DNA from: a virus
Lineage: Duplodnaviria; Heunggongvirae; Uroviricota; Caudoviricetes; Crassvirales
Direction: 5' to 3' (one strand)
Length of the DNA: 64,000 nt
Virus record (IMG/VR): IMGVR_UViG_3300032053_000036
Location: 1-64,000 of that record
The translations under genes were made by a program, and so were the position numbers. Positions within the stretch are counted from its first letter, which is position 1. Each line of letters opens with the position of its first letter. This document shows, in pieces, positions 55,401 through 62,687 of the stretch. Below the pieces are notes generated by a model. It worked only from the letters and a program-made list of their open reading frames with translations. It made no database searches and was not told the DNA's origin.

Positions 55401-58400
55401 AAGAAGATGTAGAAAATACATTCAGAGATAACTTAGAACTTGAAAACCAAGTTGTAGAAACTATTGAAGATAATAGTCCAGAAGCTGCTAAAATGCTTTA
55501 TACAAAATATATAAAGAGTGTTCAGTCTAGAGGAAGTGAAACTGACATGGATAAGTTTAGACAGTGGGCTAAGAACTATGGAATTCCTGAATACAGTAGA
55601 GCTGGTATACTTACAGAAACTCAAACACATCAGTTTGTACAAGATCTTACAGCAAGAGCTGCAGGAATTATATTCAATGAGAATGATGTACAAGCTTTAT
55701 ATGAGCCTGCTAAACTAACTAGTGTTGAACTATTCACTAAGATTGCTAATCAAAAAGATATGGTTAGCAAGAAGGCTAAGATGGGTGAAGAAACATGGAA
55801 CGCACTTATTGTAAAAACAAAAGAACAATTACGTACCCTTGGTATAGACTTTACTGAGGAAGATAGAGTGAGTGTGAATGATTCAGAAAAAACAAATAGA
55901 GATTATGCTCCTGAGCCATTTGCAACAGACTGGAAAAAGTATTCATACTTTCCAATAAAGATTCTTCTTGCAACATTGATTGAGACAGAACCAATGAATC
56001 AATCAACTTCTACAGAATTAAAGATGCCTAATGCAAAGTTTTCATCTGAAGCAAGAGGATTATCTCTTGTAAACTTTAGTAGAACCTTTGCTACACTAAT
56101 GGATAGATTGAGCAATACGACTGATGTTGATGAGTTTATTGCTAAACTTACAGAACTTGCAAAAGAAGATAGCAAATTTGTTAGATTGTTTGTAAGACTT
56201 GGAGGAGGAACAGATTGGAAAATAGATTTTAGTCAAGCTAAATATAAGTCTGCCAATTGGAGATTGTTTACACAGTTCTATCAAACTTTCACAAAACAAA
56301 ATCCTGATGCAATAGCTCAGTACATAAATGATACACAGGTTTATTCTGGATCTGCAGCTCTCACAGGAGCATCAAATATGATAAAGAAAGAGTGGGTAGA
56401 AAATATTAAAGCTCTCTCTAAGAAATCTGATTCGTTAATAACGTACGAATCAGGTAGTAGAACATATAAAGTAAAAAACATTTCAGAAATTCCTATTAAG
56501 GAACTAGATGATCAAATTGAATTTCTAAAAAAGATGGGCGTATTATTTGATAAAGATGCCTATCTAGGATTGAACACTACAGATAGAAATAGATTTGGTA
56601 GAGCTGTAAGTAACATACATGCTTTCCTTCAGAAGGCAAATGATATATTCTCTGTTACATCTAAGACATTGAATATCGAAGGTCATCTAAATACATTGTC
56701 TGAACTGTACGTTAAGTCTACTAATCCCAATCAAGATACTACGCATTTTAATATTGATGGTAATAGAACAAACTCATTTGCTGAGAACAATGCACCTTCA
56801 GTGTTTGAGAATGAATTTAATGAATCAAAGACAATTCAAGAGCTTCTTAAGAAGAGACCTGACATGAATGATGTGTTTTCAAAACATTCTATTCTTTTAC
56901 AATTAGGAGGTCCTTTCTGGACTAAAGATGGTAAACGTACAGCTCGTCAATTAAAGATTGGTTATATAGGTGGGACAATTAATGTAAATAAAAACAAGGG
57001 TGTTTCTACACAAAGATTAAATATTGGTACACGTTTTACACAAGAGATAAACCAAAACCTTGCTGGTAACTATTACATTCTTGTTCCTGCAGATAGCTCT
57101 ACAGAGTGGATGATGAACCTTGGAAACAACATATCGTTTGTTGATATAGATAGTGAGAATGGTAAATCTGCATGGAAGAAGATAAACAGTATATTCAGAG
57201 GATATTTGATAGATGAAGTTGCTCTTGCTCTTGATTATAAGAATAGAGAGAAGCTTCGTAACATTAGTGCAAAGAGAGTTAAGCAACTTAGATTCTTCAA
57301 AGAAATTCTTAGCGACTCTCTTCTTACAAAGATTCATAACATGATCTTAGATAAGAAATCGCTAACAGAAATTACAGCTGAAATAGATAGTAACATAGGG
57401 GAAGTAAATACATCTATAAAAGAATTTATAGAAAGAACAACTAAAGAAACAAGAGGAAATCTTGAGAAAACAGGAAAGATTAAAGTGGTTGATGAAAACA
57501 ATTTCTCATACGCTGAACTTGATAATGACTTTACTGATGATGAGAATGTTAGCATCAACAAATTCAAAATGTCAGATGAGCTTGTAAACAATGTATTATT
57601 GTTTGCTAATGCTAACTACATCATCAATAACATTGAACTTCATAAAATAATCTTTGGTGATCCTTATCAGTTTGAAGAGAAAACTAAGAATGGTAAAACT
57701 TTATTGGATGAAACTAAACGTATCAAATCTTTCCTTTCTCCAAGAAGAACAACTTTTGATCATGCTGCATTTAGATCTTTCTTAAATAATGAATATAATA
57801 AGACAGGTCTTCCTGAAGAAACAGGCAGGATACAATTAAAACCATCTGATCCAGGTTATCATACAGCAAAGCGTTATTTAAGAACAATCACTGCTAGTGA
57901 TGTAAATATTATAGGTAGAGTTTTAGGTAAGGCTAAAGAGACAGATGGTATGTCTTGGTTAACAATTGATGGGTACAGAGAAATCAAACAAAGAAATGGT
58001 CAATGGTCAAATGATGCTGAAACATGGTATCAGTGGCAGATGGCATACATGAGAAATAAAATGGCTGAAAAGGGTGATTATACATATGACAACCCTGCTC
58101 TTGAAAAACACGATAGTGATCTGATTAAGAAAAAAGAACCAGTATACAAGCTTGATGTTCTTAAGCCTATTGTTACAGGGTCTAAATACAATAAGAATAA
58201 TATAGATCTTGTTCTTGATAAATTTTCTCAGATGCCTATGTATTACAAGGCTGTAGAAGGAAGGACTCTTGAGAAACTTCTTGTTAAAATGTTTAACGAA
58301 AAGATAGACTATCTTATTGTACAAAGTGGTAGAAAAGTTGGTGCTGAGTCTTTACACGATCTTTATAATCCAGGTGGAACTTTTAATCAAGAGGTGTTCA

Positions 58401-61400
58401 CAGATCCAATAGATATTTCTTGGAAGACATATGGTATACAAGTTGAGAATGCTAACGAAGGATCTGGTGGACAACAAACAATGGGATCACAGGTTACAAA
58501 GATTGTAACAATGGATCTTTTTGAGAATGGAGAAGCTGTTTCAAAACAAGGGGCTATTCTTTATAAAAAGTACAATACAATTCTTACAAACATTTTTACC
58601 AATGGTTATGAAAGATTATTAAAAGATCTTGGTATAGAAGACCTTGGATTTTCATTCAAGCTTATAAACAATGATTCTATTGCTAACACTCTTAGACAAG
58701 AGATGCTTAGAAGAGAACTTCCTGAGAACGCTAAAGACACTTTGCAATTAAAAGATGGAGAATTCCCTTTACCTTTTGAAGCATCATCTTCATACAAGCA
58801 AATAAAAGATATTCTTTATTCTATGGTGAATAAAGCAATTATTTCTCCAAGAATGAATGGTGGTGGTTATGTACAGGTTCCTGTAACAATGTGGGAGAAT
58901 GCTAAAGAAGGAAGACGTGTTGGTGTAAAAGAAAATGGAAAATCAAGGATTGTAACAAGCGAAGAATTTAAAAATCTTTCTCCAGAGATACAAGAAACAG
59001 CATTTTTTACAGATGATACATTAAGTTTCTATAGCAAAGATAAACCTTATTGTGAAATATTATTACCCCATTGGTTTAAAGATAAGTTTGAAGGAACGCA
59101 GTATGATACAGATGAGAAGATATTAAAGTATCTGAATGATTCTGAAGAAGGAAAAGAGATATTGAAAGGTATAGCTTTTCGTATTCCTACACAATTGCAA
59201 TCGTCTATTGAAGCAGTTGTTATAAAAGGATTCTTACCACAATCTATGGGTAAGACAGTAGTTGTTCCTTCAGAGATTGTTACAAAAGCTGGATCTGATT
59301 TTGATATAGATAAGCTTAACATGTATCTAAAGTCTGTATATATGGATGCTGATGGAGAAATTCGTCTTGCTAGATTTATGCAAGATGAAGCATCTACAAG
59401 AGAATTTTATGGAGATGTATTTGATGAAACAATTGGTAGAGAGATTGAGAAGCTTGAGAAATATGAAGGCTTTAGAGAAAAGATTGTAAGTATATTTGAA
59501 ACAATTGAATCATTAGAGGTAGTAGATACTGACTCTATTCAAAACAAGTTATCAGAGGAAGACTATAATTTCTACAAATTACATAACAAATTACTTTCTG
59601 AAATTGTAAACCAAGCAGCAGAGAAGGACATGAACCCTTCATCCTATATTAAGGAACAAATAAAAGCTCTTGGAGAAAAGAAAGAAAGTCTGATAGCAAA
59701 ACAATTGAATCAGACTCTTAGAGAAAATTATGTAGAAGACATGTACAGACGTGCTCTTGAGAATGAGTATTATGATACAATGTATAAAATAATTACACTT
59801 CCAGAAAACCTTGAGAGATTACTTTCTCCTGTAGATGATGATGGATTGAGTGAACTTGCTGATGAATTAGATGAACTTAGGGGATATGATGAGTCTAATA
59901 TTAAGAATAGAATTCTTGATAGAAACTATATGACTACATTAAGACATGCGTTTGTATCTGCTAAAAGATGGATTGGTATAGCTGCTGTAAACATTACAGG
60001 ACATTCACTTTATCAAAAAACTAAAGTGTATATTGATCCTGAGATGTTTGAAAATGTTAGCAAGGCTGATCAAAAGATTCTTGGTGATGGATTTATAGCA
60101 TTAGATCATAATACAGTTGATATAAATGGTAACAAATACATATCTCTTTCAGGAAGAAAGGATAGTGCTGGAAGATTTATATCAAATGGATTGTCTGGTT
60201 TTGCTACAACATTTGTGGATGTAGCTAGAGATCCATACATCATGAAGATTATTAAGAATGAAATGGTTGTAGGAACATTCATGTTTGCTAGAAGGATTGG
60301 TATATCTAGAGAAGACATTGTAATGTTTATGAACCAACCTATAATAGATGCATATCTTACAATGCTTGATAACTCTGGAGATAAGAGTTTATTCAAGGAT
60401 GCTAATATTATAGCAACAAGAATGCAGTTTCCTGCAGGTGGTGAACAAGGTGTTATTGATGTTAATAATTTTAGAGGGGCTATAAAAGAATACTACCAAG
60501 GAAAACTTTCAGATAAACAGAATGCTGATCAACAGGAAATATTTACACAATTCTTAAGACTGGCAAAGATGGCTGACTATTCATATAGAATGAGTCAGGC
60601 TGTAAACTATGACACTACAAGATTTAAAAGTGGTGATTCTCTTTTCCAAAAACAAGTGAGAACACAGCTTGCAAGAGAGGCTAACATAATTAACTCTGTA
60701 GATAACATCCTTAACAATTCACACATAGGTCACCAGGAACTTCTATTAGATTATTCTATGGAAGCTTTAGGAGAGATTATGAAATTAGAAAGAGATGACT
60801 TCAGGGAGATTACAGATGAGCTTCTTAGGAGACATGCTGAGAACTTTTACATGAGTGCTGATGATTATGAGAGGATAGCAATTAGAATCAAAGCTTCTTT
60901 CTTAGACTACATCATTCAGACTAAATCAAACATTGCTAGTAATATCAGTCGTTTATTAGTTGAGGGAGGGGATGTTCTTGTAGATAGACTTGCAGTATTA
61001 AAAGTAAAATATCCTAACTTACAGATTCTCAAGGATTTAGTTCCTGCCACTTCAATAAGAATTGATGGTGCTAAATCTATAGAACTCAAAGCAAACTTAA
61101 AAGATGCTTATGATGAGAATCTATATACAGGAATGATGAGAGAACTTAGAGATAGTGGTAACCTAGAACTAAATGAATTCTATCATGATCTTGTAACACT
61201 TTCCATCTTGCAGGGAACATTACAATCTCCTATATCTATCAAGAATATCATTCCAATAGAAGACTATTCAGCACAGATAAAAGATATAATTGCTCCTCTT
61301 ACAGTGGATGAAGATGTGAGAAACTTCAACAAAGGTGCATTCCAAAGGAACAACTGGAAGAATGATGATGTGTTTGAAGAATACGAACCTAGATTTTTCC

Positions 61401-62686
61401 AATCTGAAGAGCCTGTCGATATAGATCCTTACACAATGGAGGACATCTATGAATATTTCTCATATTCATTCCAACAAAACAAGAAATTAAATCTTGGAAG
61501 AAACCAAAGAATGCTTATGTTTGTAAGCGAAAATTCATACGCAGCTCAAAGTGATTATTTGAAAGTGAGAAGAACAATACAACAAAAAGATAAGGATGGT
61601 AAACCTGTTCAATCTTGGGTTGATTTGAGATCAGGAGTTAACATATTTGCTGCAGATTTTGTTGTTAGAAAGAAAAGAGGAGACCTTGCTTTACAAGACT
61701 ACTATGGTTATGAGAGAGTTACATATGAAGATGGAACACCATTGACAATAACTAACTCAAAAGGATATACAAGTTATATATACAAACTTATAAATCTTTT
61801 GGGTGATGGAATGTATGCTTCTGAATACTATCTTGATAGAAGACCTTCAGCAATGAATAATGGTACAGTGAAAGTGGAGAAAGAACTTACTAATGGTGAA
61901 ATCATACAAGCATTTACAGAAAGAACAGAGAAAGCAAACACAGACACTTCTTCTCCAACATCTTTAGCTAATACAATAACGTCTACAGAAACTAATATTG
62001 ATGCACTAAGAGCAGAAGAAAAAGCTGCACTAGATGTTCTTGATTTTGTTAAAGCTAGAGAGATTAGAGATAGGATTGATGCACTTTCTACAAGTACTGA
62101 AAGAGAATACACTCCTGAAAAACTTACAAAAGCAAACATGCCTGCAAATGGAATATTTGTATTTGGAAGTAATACAGAAGGTAGACATGGTAAAGGTGCT
62201 GCTGAAGATGCTAAAGATATGTTTGGTGCTATACAAGGACAAGCTGAAGGATTACAAGGAAAGTCTTATGCTATTATAACAAAAGACTTATCAAAAGGGA
62301 AAAGAAGTGTTCCTTTATATTCAATGGATGATACTTCAATTGCTTATGGAATTAAGAGATTTATGGAATATGCAAATTCTCATCCTGAACTTAAATTCTA
62401 TGTTACTAAGTTAGGATCTAGTCTTGCTGGATATTCTATAGAAGAAATAAAAGATATATTTAATTCTATTAACACCTTATATGCATATGAAGGAATTCAA
62501 AATTATATACCTAATAATGTAATTCTTCCTAGAGAATATGAGGTAAGATTAGAGAAAAAACCTGCAACTGAATTAAAACTTAGAGATGGTTTGATGTATC
62601 AATCTGCTGATATCAATGGAACAATGCTTGAGAATATGGGATATAGTCCTTTGGAAATTGCTGAAATTTTAAAACAAATTTGTTAA
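49478..62686 (+). CDS. Giant multidomain virion protein (4402 aa). It has RNAP-like DPBB catalytic-loop similarity with DFDID, an internal NADAR-like domain, a Pro-rich linker and a C-terminal LOG/DprA-like Rossmann domain.
   Basis: RIPTQLQSSIEAVVIKGFLPQSMGKTVVVPSEIVTKAGSDFDIDKLNMY resembles the beta-prime RQPSLHRMSIQAF...AFNADFDGDQMAVH loop. NADAR-like motifs are PIEFEGQLYADAEAAYQDQK and SVWETGGQNWFVLSLV. The C-terminus has GIFVFGSNTEGRHGKGAA and GSSLAGYSIEEI. Confidence 0.65.
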   Translation: MPIFDKELIDNISNRENVLPNMPLGSPVTRELNTDMGGYGLETDSKGGLTIDQLSNIKASNSTGFDSPFQMIPKSELLSNQRYSMYERDKDLENTYGLQQGALSQLGNGVVKMAATLGGTFLQGFATIPNTIASFKGGVKELSGVEGYESDIDNWLKNIEDRFPNYVTKKEQEHPFLAAIPGFAGSANFWGDKIIKNIGFTVGAIGSALVQDAVVGFATEGLGEIPLVANQIGKASLYLNKLFTGTNDIEKTLQIATSLGKSEKAMLNIKRLGELAAAEKVSNGFRYGLNIYSSARTEAAIEARDGYRQVKEILTTQYKEGNLGEEPSGKDLTDIEQYATDAMNTRFGINMAILTVSNAFQFDNLFKSVSNGATTKGVGSGLIKDIQDAGKVGLKEGSLDVFEKKLPTSFMGKVWESVKPKTASIFREGVYEEGGQYAAERGTYDYYTRKYKDPKRRESIDNWNTLNEVIDSTVKGLNDQFGTTEGIENMLIGGISGMLMDAGMQTYDRAKGKGKDKRLDTAVSLLNRYGLTGILGQKYTDTLNSVNIAQEMTKAARTGNVFRYQNLKDDMFFGFVNSRLGSNMHDVTIEQLRMLKDLDKEEFEKTFGMNFSESNKSTVGEYVDGLISKANEIKKISDSVNNTYKNVFTFYDDPGDDQDKKESNKNYNTFETWKTNLIYEGSVMKNTNQRLVDVQQSLSKINPLITNDLASRLMDEDSLRELSQDYEEQAKTLLGTLNDAMSFDERRKVKEQAKQLRTASEIAMMAANDGQISQKDFAKILNYELNGRDGSKDDVVTIDRVNDIQTLGHDINMINARKKDASNAFEILSSEKGFEKFFKDENDIAAAAEKAAFDREEVKKRPLPEFTNVGGVKEAIQLEREYQAQPKKGSKVRKLAADRFRVIDPDGKVTFYPTREKAQEAAADIDLRYTELSKIKILAVNADGTIKVQDVKGNIQNIGLGELEGYEKIITEQERLQQFADQMKQDQEDIEKSSGVVGTNPSDEETVVWEDKKRDISHLFNGGITESERWENPEGSPIHIQNSRYFLNNARNFPNRANLRAILIPATHEAAFGLAGLTAISYKSEEKDPTKIPGATDPKTGFIAQVFVEQDGSDVYFVDKEGNRIGKLGEAIDIEKVIFQAMPAASLEYSDGSPRYRNSQAADAEVYKKAWEIKRERLFGATPGTYQLYTFKISRGIAREIKIDGKLERNPISDILVDMNLIPTQEGLIQISTTGNLAHQGEQLNFPKGRPILQFEDVFVPLNNRKFTANEAETIFELLNRIGKETVRQSKLPGGPAIRTNRRYARFLQGLLFWKSDITGKKNPNNMYINEKEGNLYLGGVAYDLTNLEASKTAIVDHLKATYNNINNSHLTETFSEPFVEYRMENGNLVEVEWQNYQTYLLSKENPDGSSRGIENIPLVTSVQKATNTLQPFEQKYAIMEDLELPIAEVPKPETKVSTDGSGAVEVDGFKIDGSVQIYREFNAGPVEFTATLDKDGFIETDVKDGDTVNALAGSEKTMNDVIIATLKALGKLDEKALEANDNVRLVKDFLGLKIAVDLQAKLDAAKTKPTSTAPKASAPIEISSNAKGFGAVLTNPTEIASSKKNVTNVVNIKKTYGDKYKILKRFVIGRGIVDVSVTDTTNAAYPIEFEGQLYADAEAAYQDQKTKYSNKTKSAGSTYDLMVKILTAKLQQYPQMIDEIKKQGGTPWLSKAVHQPTNKNSVWETGGQNWFVLSLVDAYTKVLPTTPEKKDDDKKEPPTPPPPPAPSGPAPTVTFEGEDTPDDAFRKLSKGKERSWRTTQGDIEIFKKWVAENAPGIPYEILEQMIDTYDGEKAWGVYENGIAKFFKGGLRGTEYHEVFEAIWKHFLTDSEKQAIIDEFRTKAGKFTDRESGKKFNYDDSSVTDKMIKERIADDFADFRLGKIPATSLGGKIMQFFKRIIDFIKSFLFKPDLKTKLFQQIDTGRFKTATLQITKEDVENTFRDNLELENQVVETIEDNSPEAAKMLYTKYIKSVQSRGSETDMDKFRQWAKNYGIPEYSRAGILTETQTHQFVQDLTARAAGIIFNENDVQALYEPAKLTSVELFTKIANQKDMVSKKAKMGEETWNALIVKTKEQLRTLGIDFTEEDRVSVNDSEKTNRDYAPEPFATDWKKYSYFPIKILLATLIETEPMNQSTSTELKMPNAKFSSEARGLSLVNFSRTFATLMDRLSNTTDVDEFIAKLTELAKEDSKFVRLFVRLGGGTDWKIDFSQAKYKSANWRLFTQFYQTFTKQNPDAIAQYINDTQVYSGSAALTGASNMIKKEWVENIKALSKKSDSLITYESGSRTYKVKNISEIPIKELDDQIEFLKKMGVLFDKDAYLGLNTTDRNRFGRAVSNIHAFLQKANDIFSVTSKTLNIEGHLNTLSELYVKSTNPNQDTTHFNIDGNRTNSFAENNAPSVFENEFNESKTIQELLKKRPDMNDVFSKHSILLQLGGPFWTKDGKRTARQLKIGYIGGTINVNKNKGVSTQRLNIGTRFTQEINQNLAGNYYILVPADSSTEWMMNLGNNISFVDIDSENGKSAWKKINSIFRGYLIDEVALALDYKNREKLRNISAKRVKQLRFFKEILSDSLLTKIHNMILDKKSLTEITAEIDSNIGEVNTSIKEFIERTTKETRGNLEKTGKIKVVDENNFSYAELDNDFTDDENVSINKFKMSDELVNNVLLFANANYIINNIELHKIIFGDPYQFEEKTKNGKTLLDETKRIKSFLSPRRTTFDHAAFRSFLNNEYNKTGLPEETGRIQLKPSDPGYHTAKRYLRTITASDVNIIGRVLGKAKETDGMSWLTIDGYREIKQRNGQWSNDAETWYQWQMAYMRNKMAEKGDYTYDNPALEKHDSDLIKKKEPVYKLDVLKPIVTGSKYNKNNIDLVLDKFSQMPMYYKAVEGRTLEKLLVKMFNEKIDYLIVQSGRKVGAESLHDLYNPGGTFNQEVFTDPIDISWKTYGIQVENANEGSGGQQTMGSQVTKIVTMDLFENGEAVSKQGAILYKKYNTILTNIFTNGYERLLKDLGIEDLGFSFKLINNDSIANTLRQEMLRRELPENAKDTLQLKDGEFPLPFEASSSYKQIKDILYSMVNKAIISPRMNGGGYVQVPVTMWENAKEGRRVGVKENGKSRIVTSEEFKNLSPEIQETAFFTDDTLSFYSKDKPYCEILLPHWFKDKFEGTQYDTDEKILKYLNDSEEGKEILKGIAFRIPTQLQSSIEAVVIKGFLPQSMGKTVVVPSEIVTKAGSDFDIDKLNMYLKSVYMDADGEIRLARFMQDEASTREFYGDVFDETIGREIEKLEKYEGFREKIVSIFETIESLEVVDTDSIQNKLSEEDYNFYKLHNKLLSEIVNQAAEKDMNPSSYIKEQIKALGEKKESLIAKQLNQTLRENYVEDMYRRALENEYYDTMYKIITLPENLERLLSPVDDDGLSELADELDELRGYDESNIKNRILDRNYMTTLRHAFVSAKRWIGIAAVNITGHSLYQKTKVYIDPEMFENVSKADQKILGDGFIALDHNTVDINGNKYISLSGRKDSAGRFISNGLSGFATTFVDVARDPYIMKIIKNEMVVGTFMFARRIGISREDIVMFMNQPIIDAYLTMLDNSGDKSLFKDANIIATRMQFPAGGEQGVIDVNNFRGAIKEYYQGKLSDKQNADQQEIFTQFLRLAKMADYSYRMSQAVNYDTTRFKSGDSLFQKQVRTQLAREANIINSVDNILNNSHIGHQELLLDYSMEALGEIMKLERDDFREITDELLRRHAENFYMSADDYERIAIRIKASFLDYIIQTKSNIASNISRLLVEGGDVLVDRLAVLKVKYPNLQILKDLVPATSIRIDGAKSIELKANLKDAYDENLYTGMMRELRDSGNLELNEFYHDLVTLSILQGTLQSPISIKNIIPIEDYSAQIKDIIAPLTVDEDVRNFNKGAFQRNNWKNDDVFEEYEPRFFQSEEPVDIDPYTMEDIYEYFSYSFQQNKKLNLGRNQRMLMFVSENSYAAQSDYLKVRRTIQQKDKDGKPVQSWVDLRSGVNIFAADFVVRKKRGDLALQDYYGYERVTYEDGTPLTITNSKGYTSYIYKLINLLGDGMYASEYYLDRRPSAMNNGTVKVEKELTNGEIIQAFTERTEKANTDTSSPTSLANTITSTETNIDALRAEEKAALDVLDFVKAREIRDRIDALSTSTEREYTPEKLTKANMPANGIFVFGSNTEGRHGKGAAEDAKDMFGAIQGQAEGLQGKSYAIITKDLSKGKRSVPLYSMDDTSIAYGIKRFMEYANSHPELKFYVTKLGSSLAGYSIEEIKDIFNSINTLYAYEGIQNYIPNNVILPREYEVRLEKKPATELKLRDGLMYQSADINGTMLENMGYSPLEIAEILKQIC

Positions 62687-62687
62687 G

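Noticed and set aside
49478-62686. Splitting the 13-kb ORF into several genes, or a hidden intein or HNH.
   Set aside because: There are no in-frame stops, no internal start contexts like those of the other genes, and no intein or HNH motifs. I keep it as one gene, pending the profile searches listed under findings.
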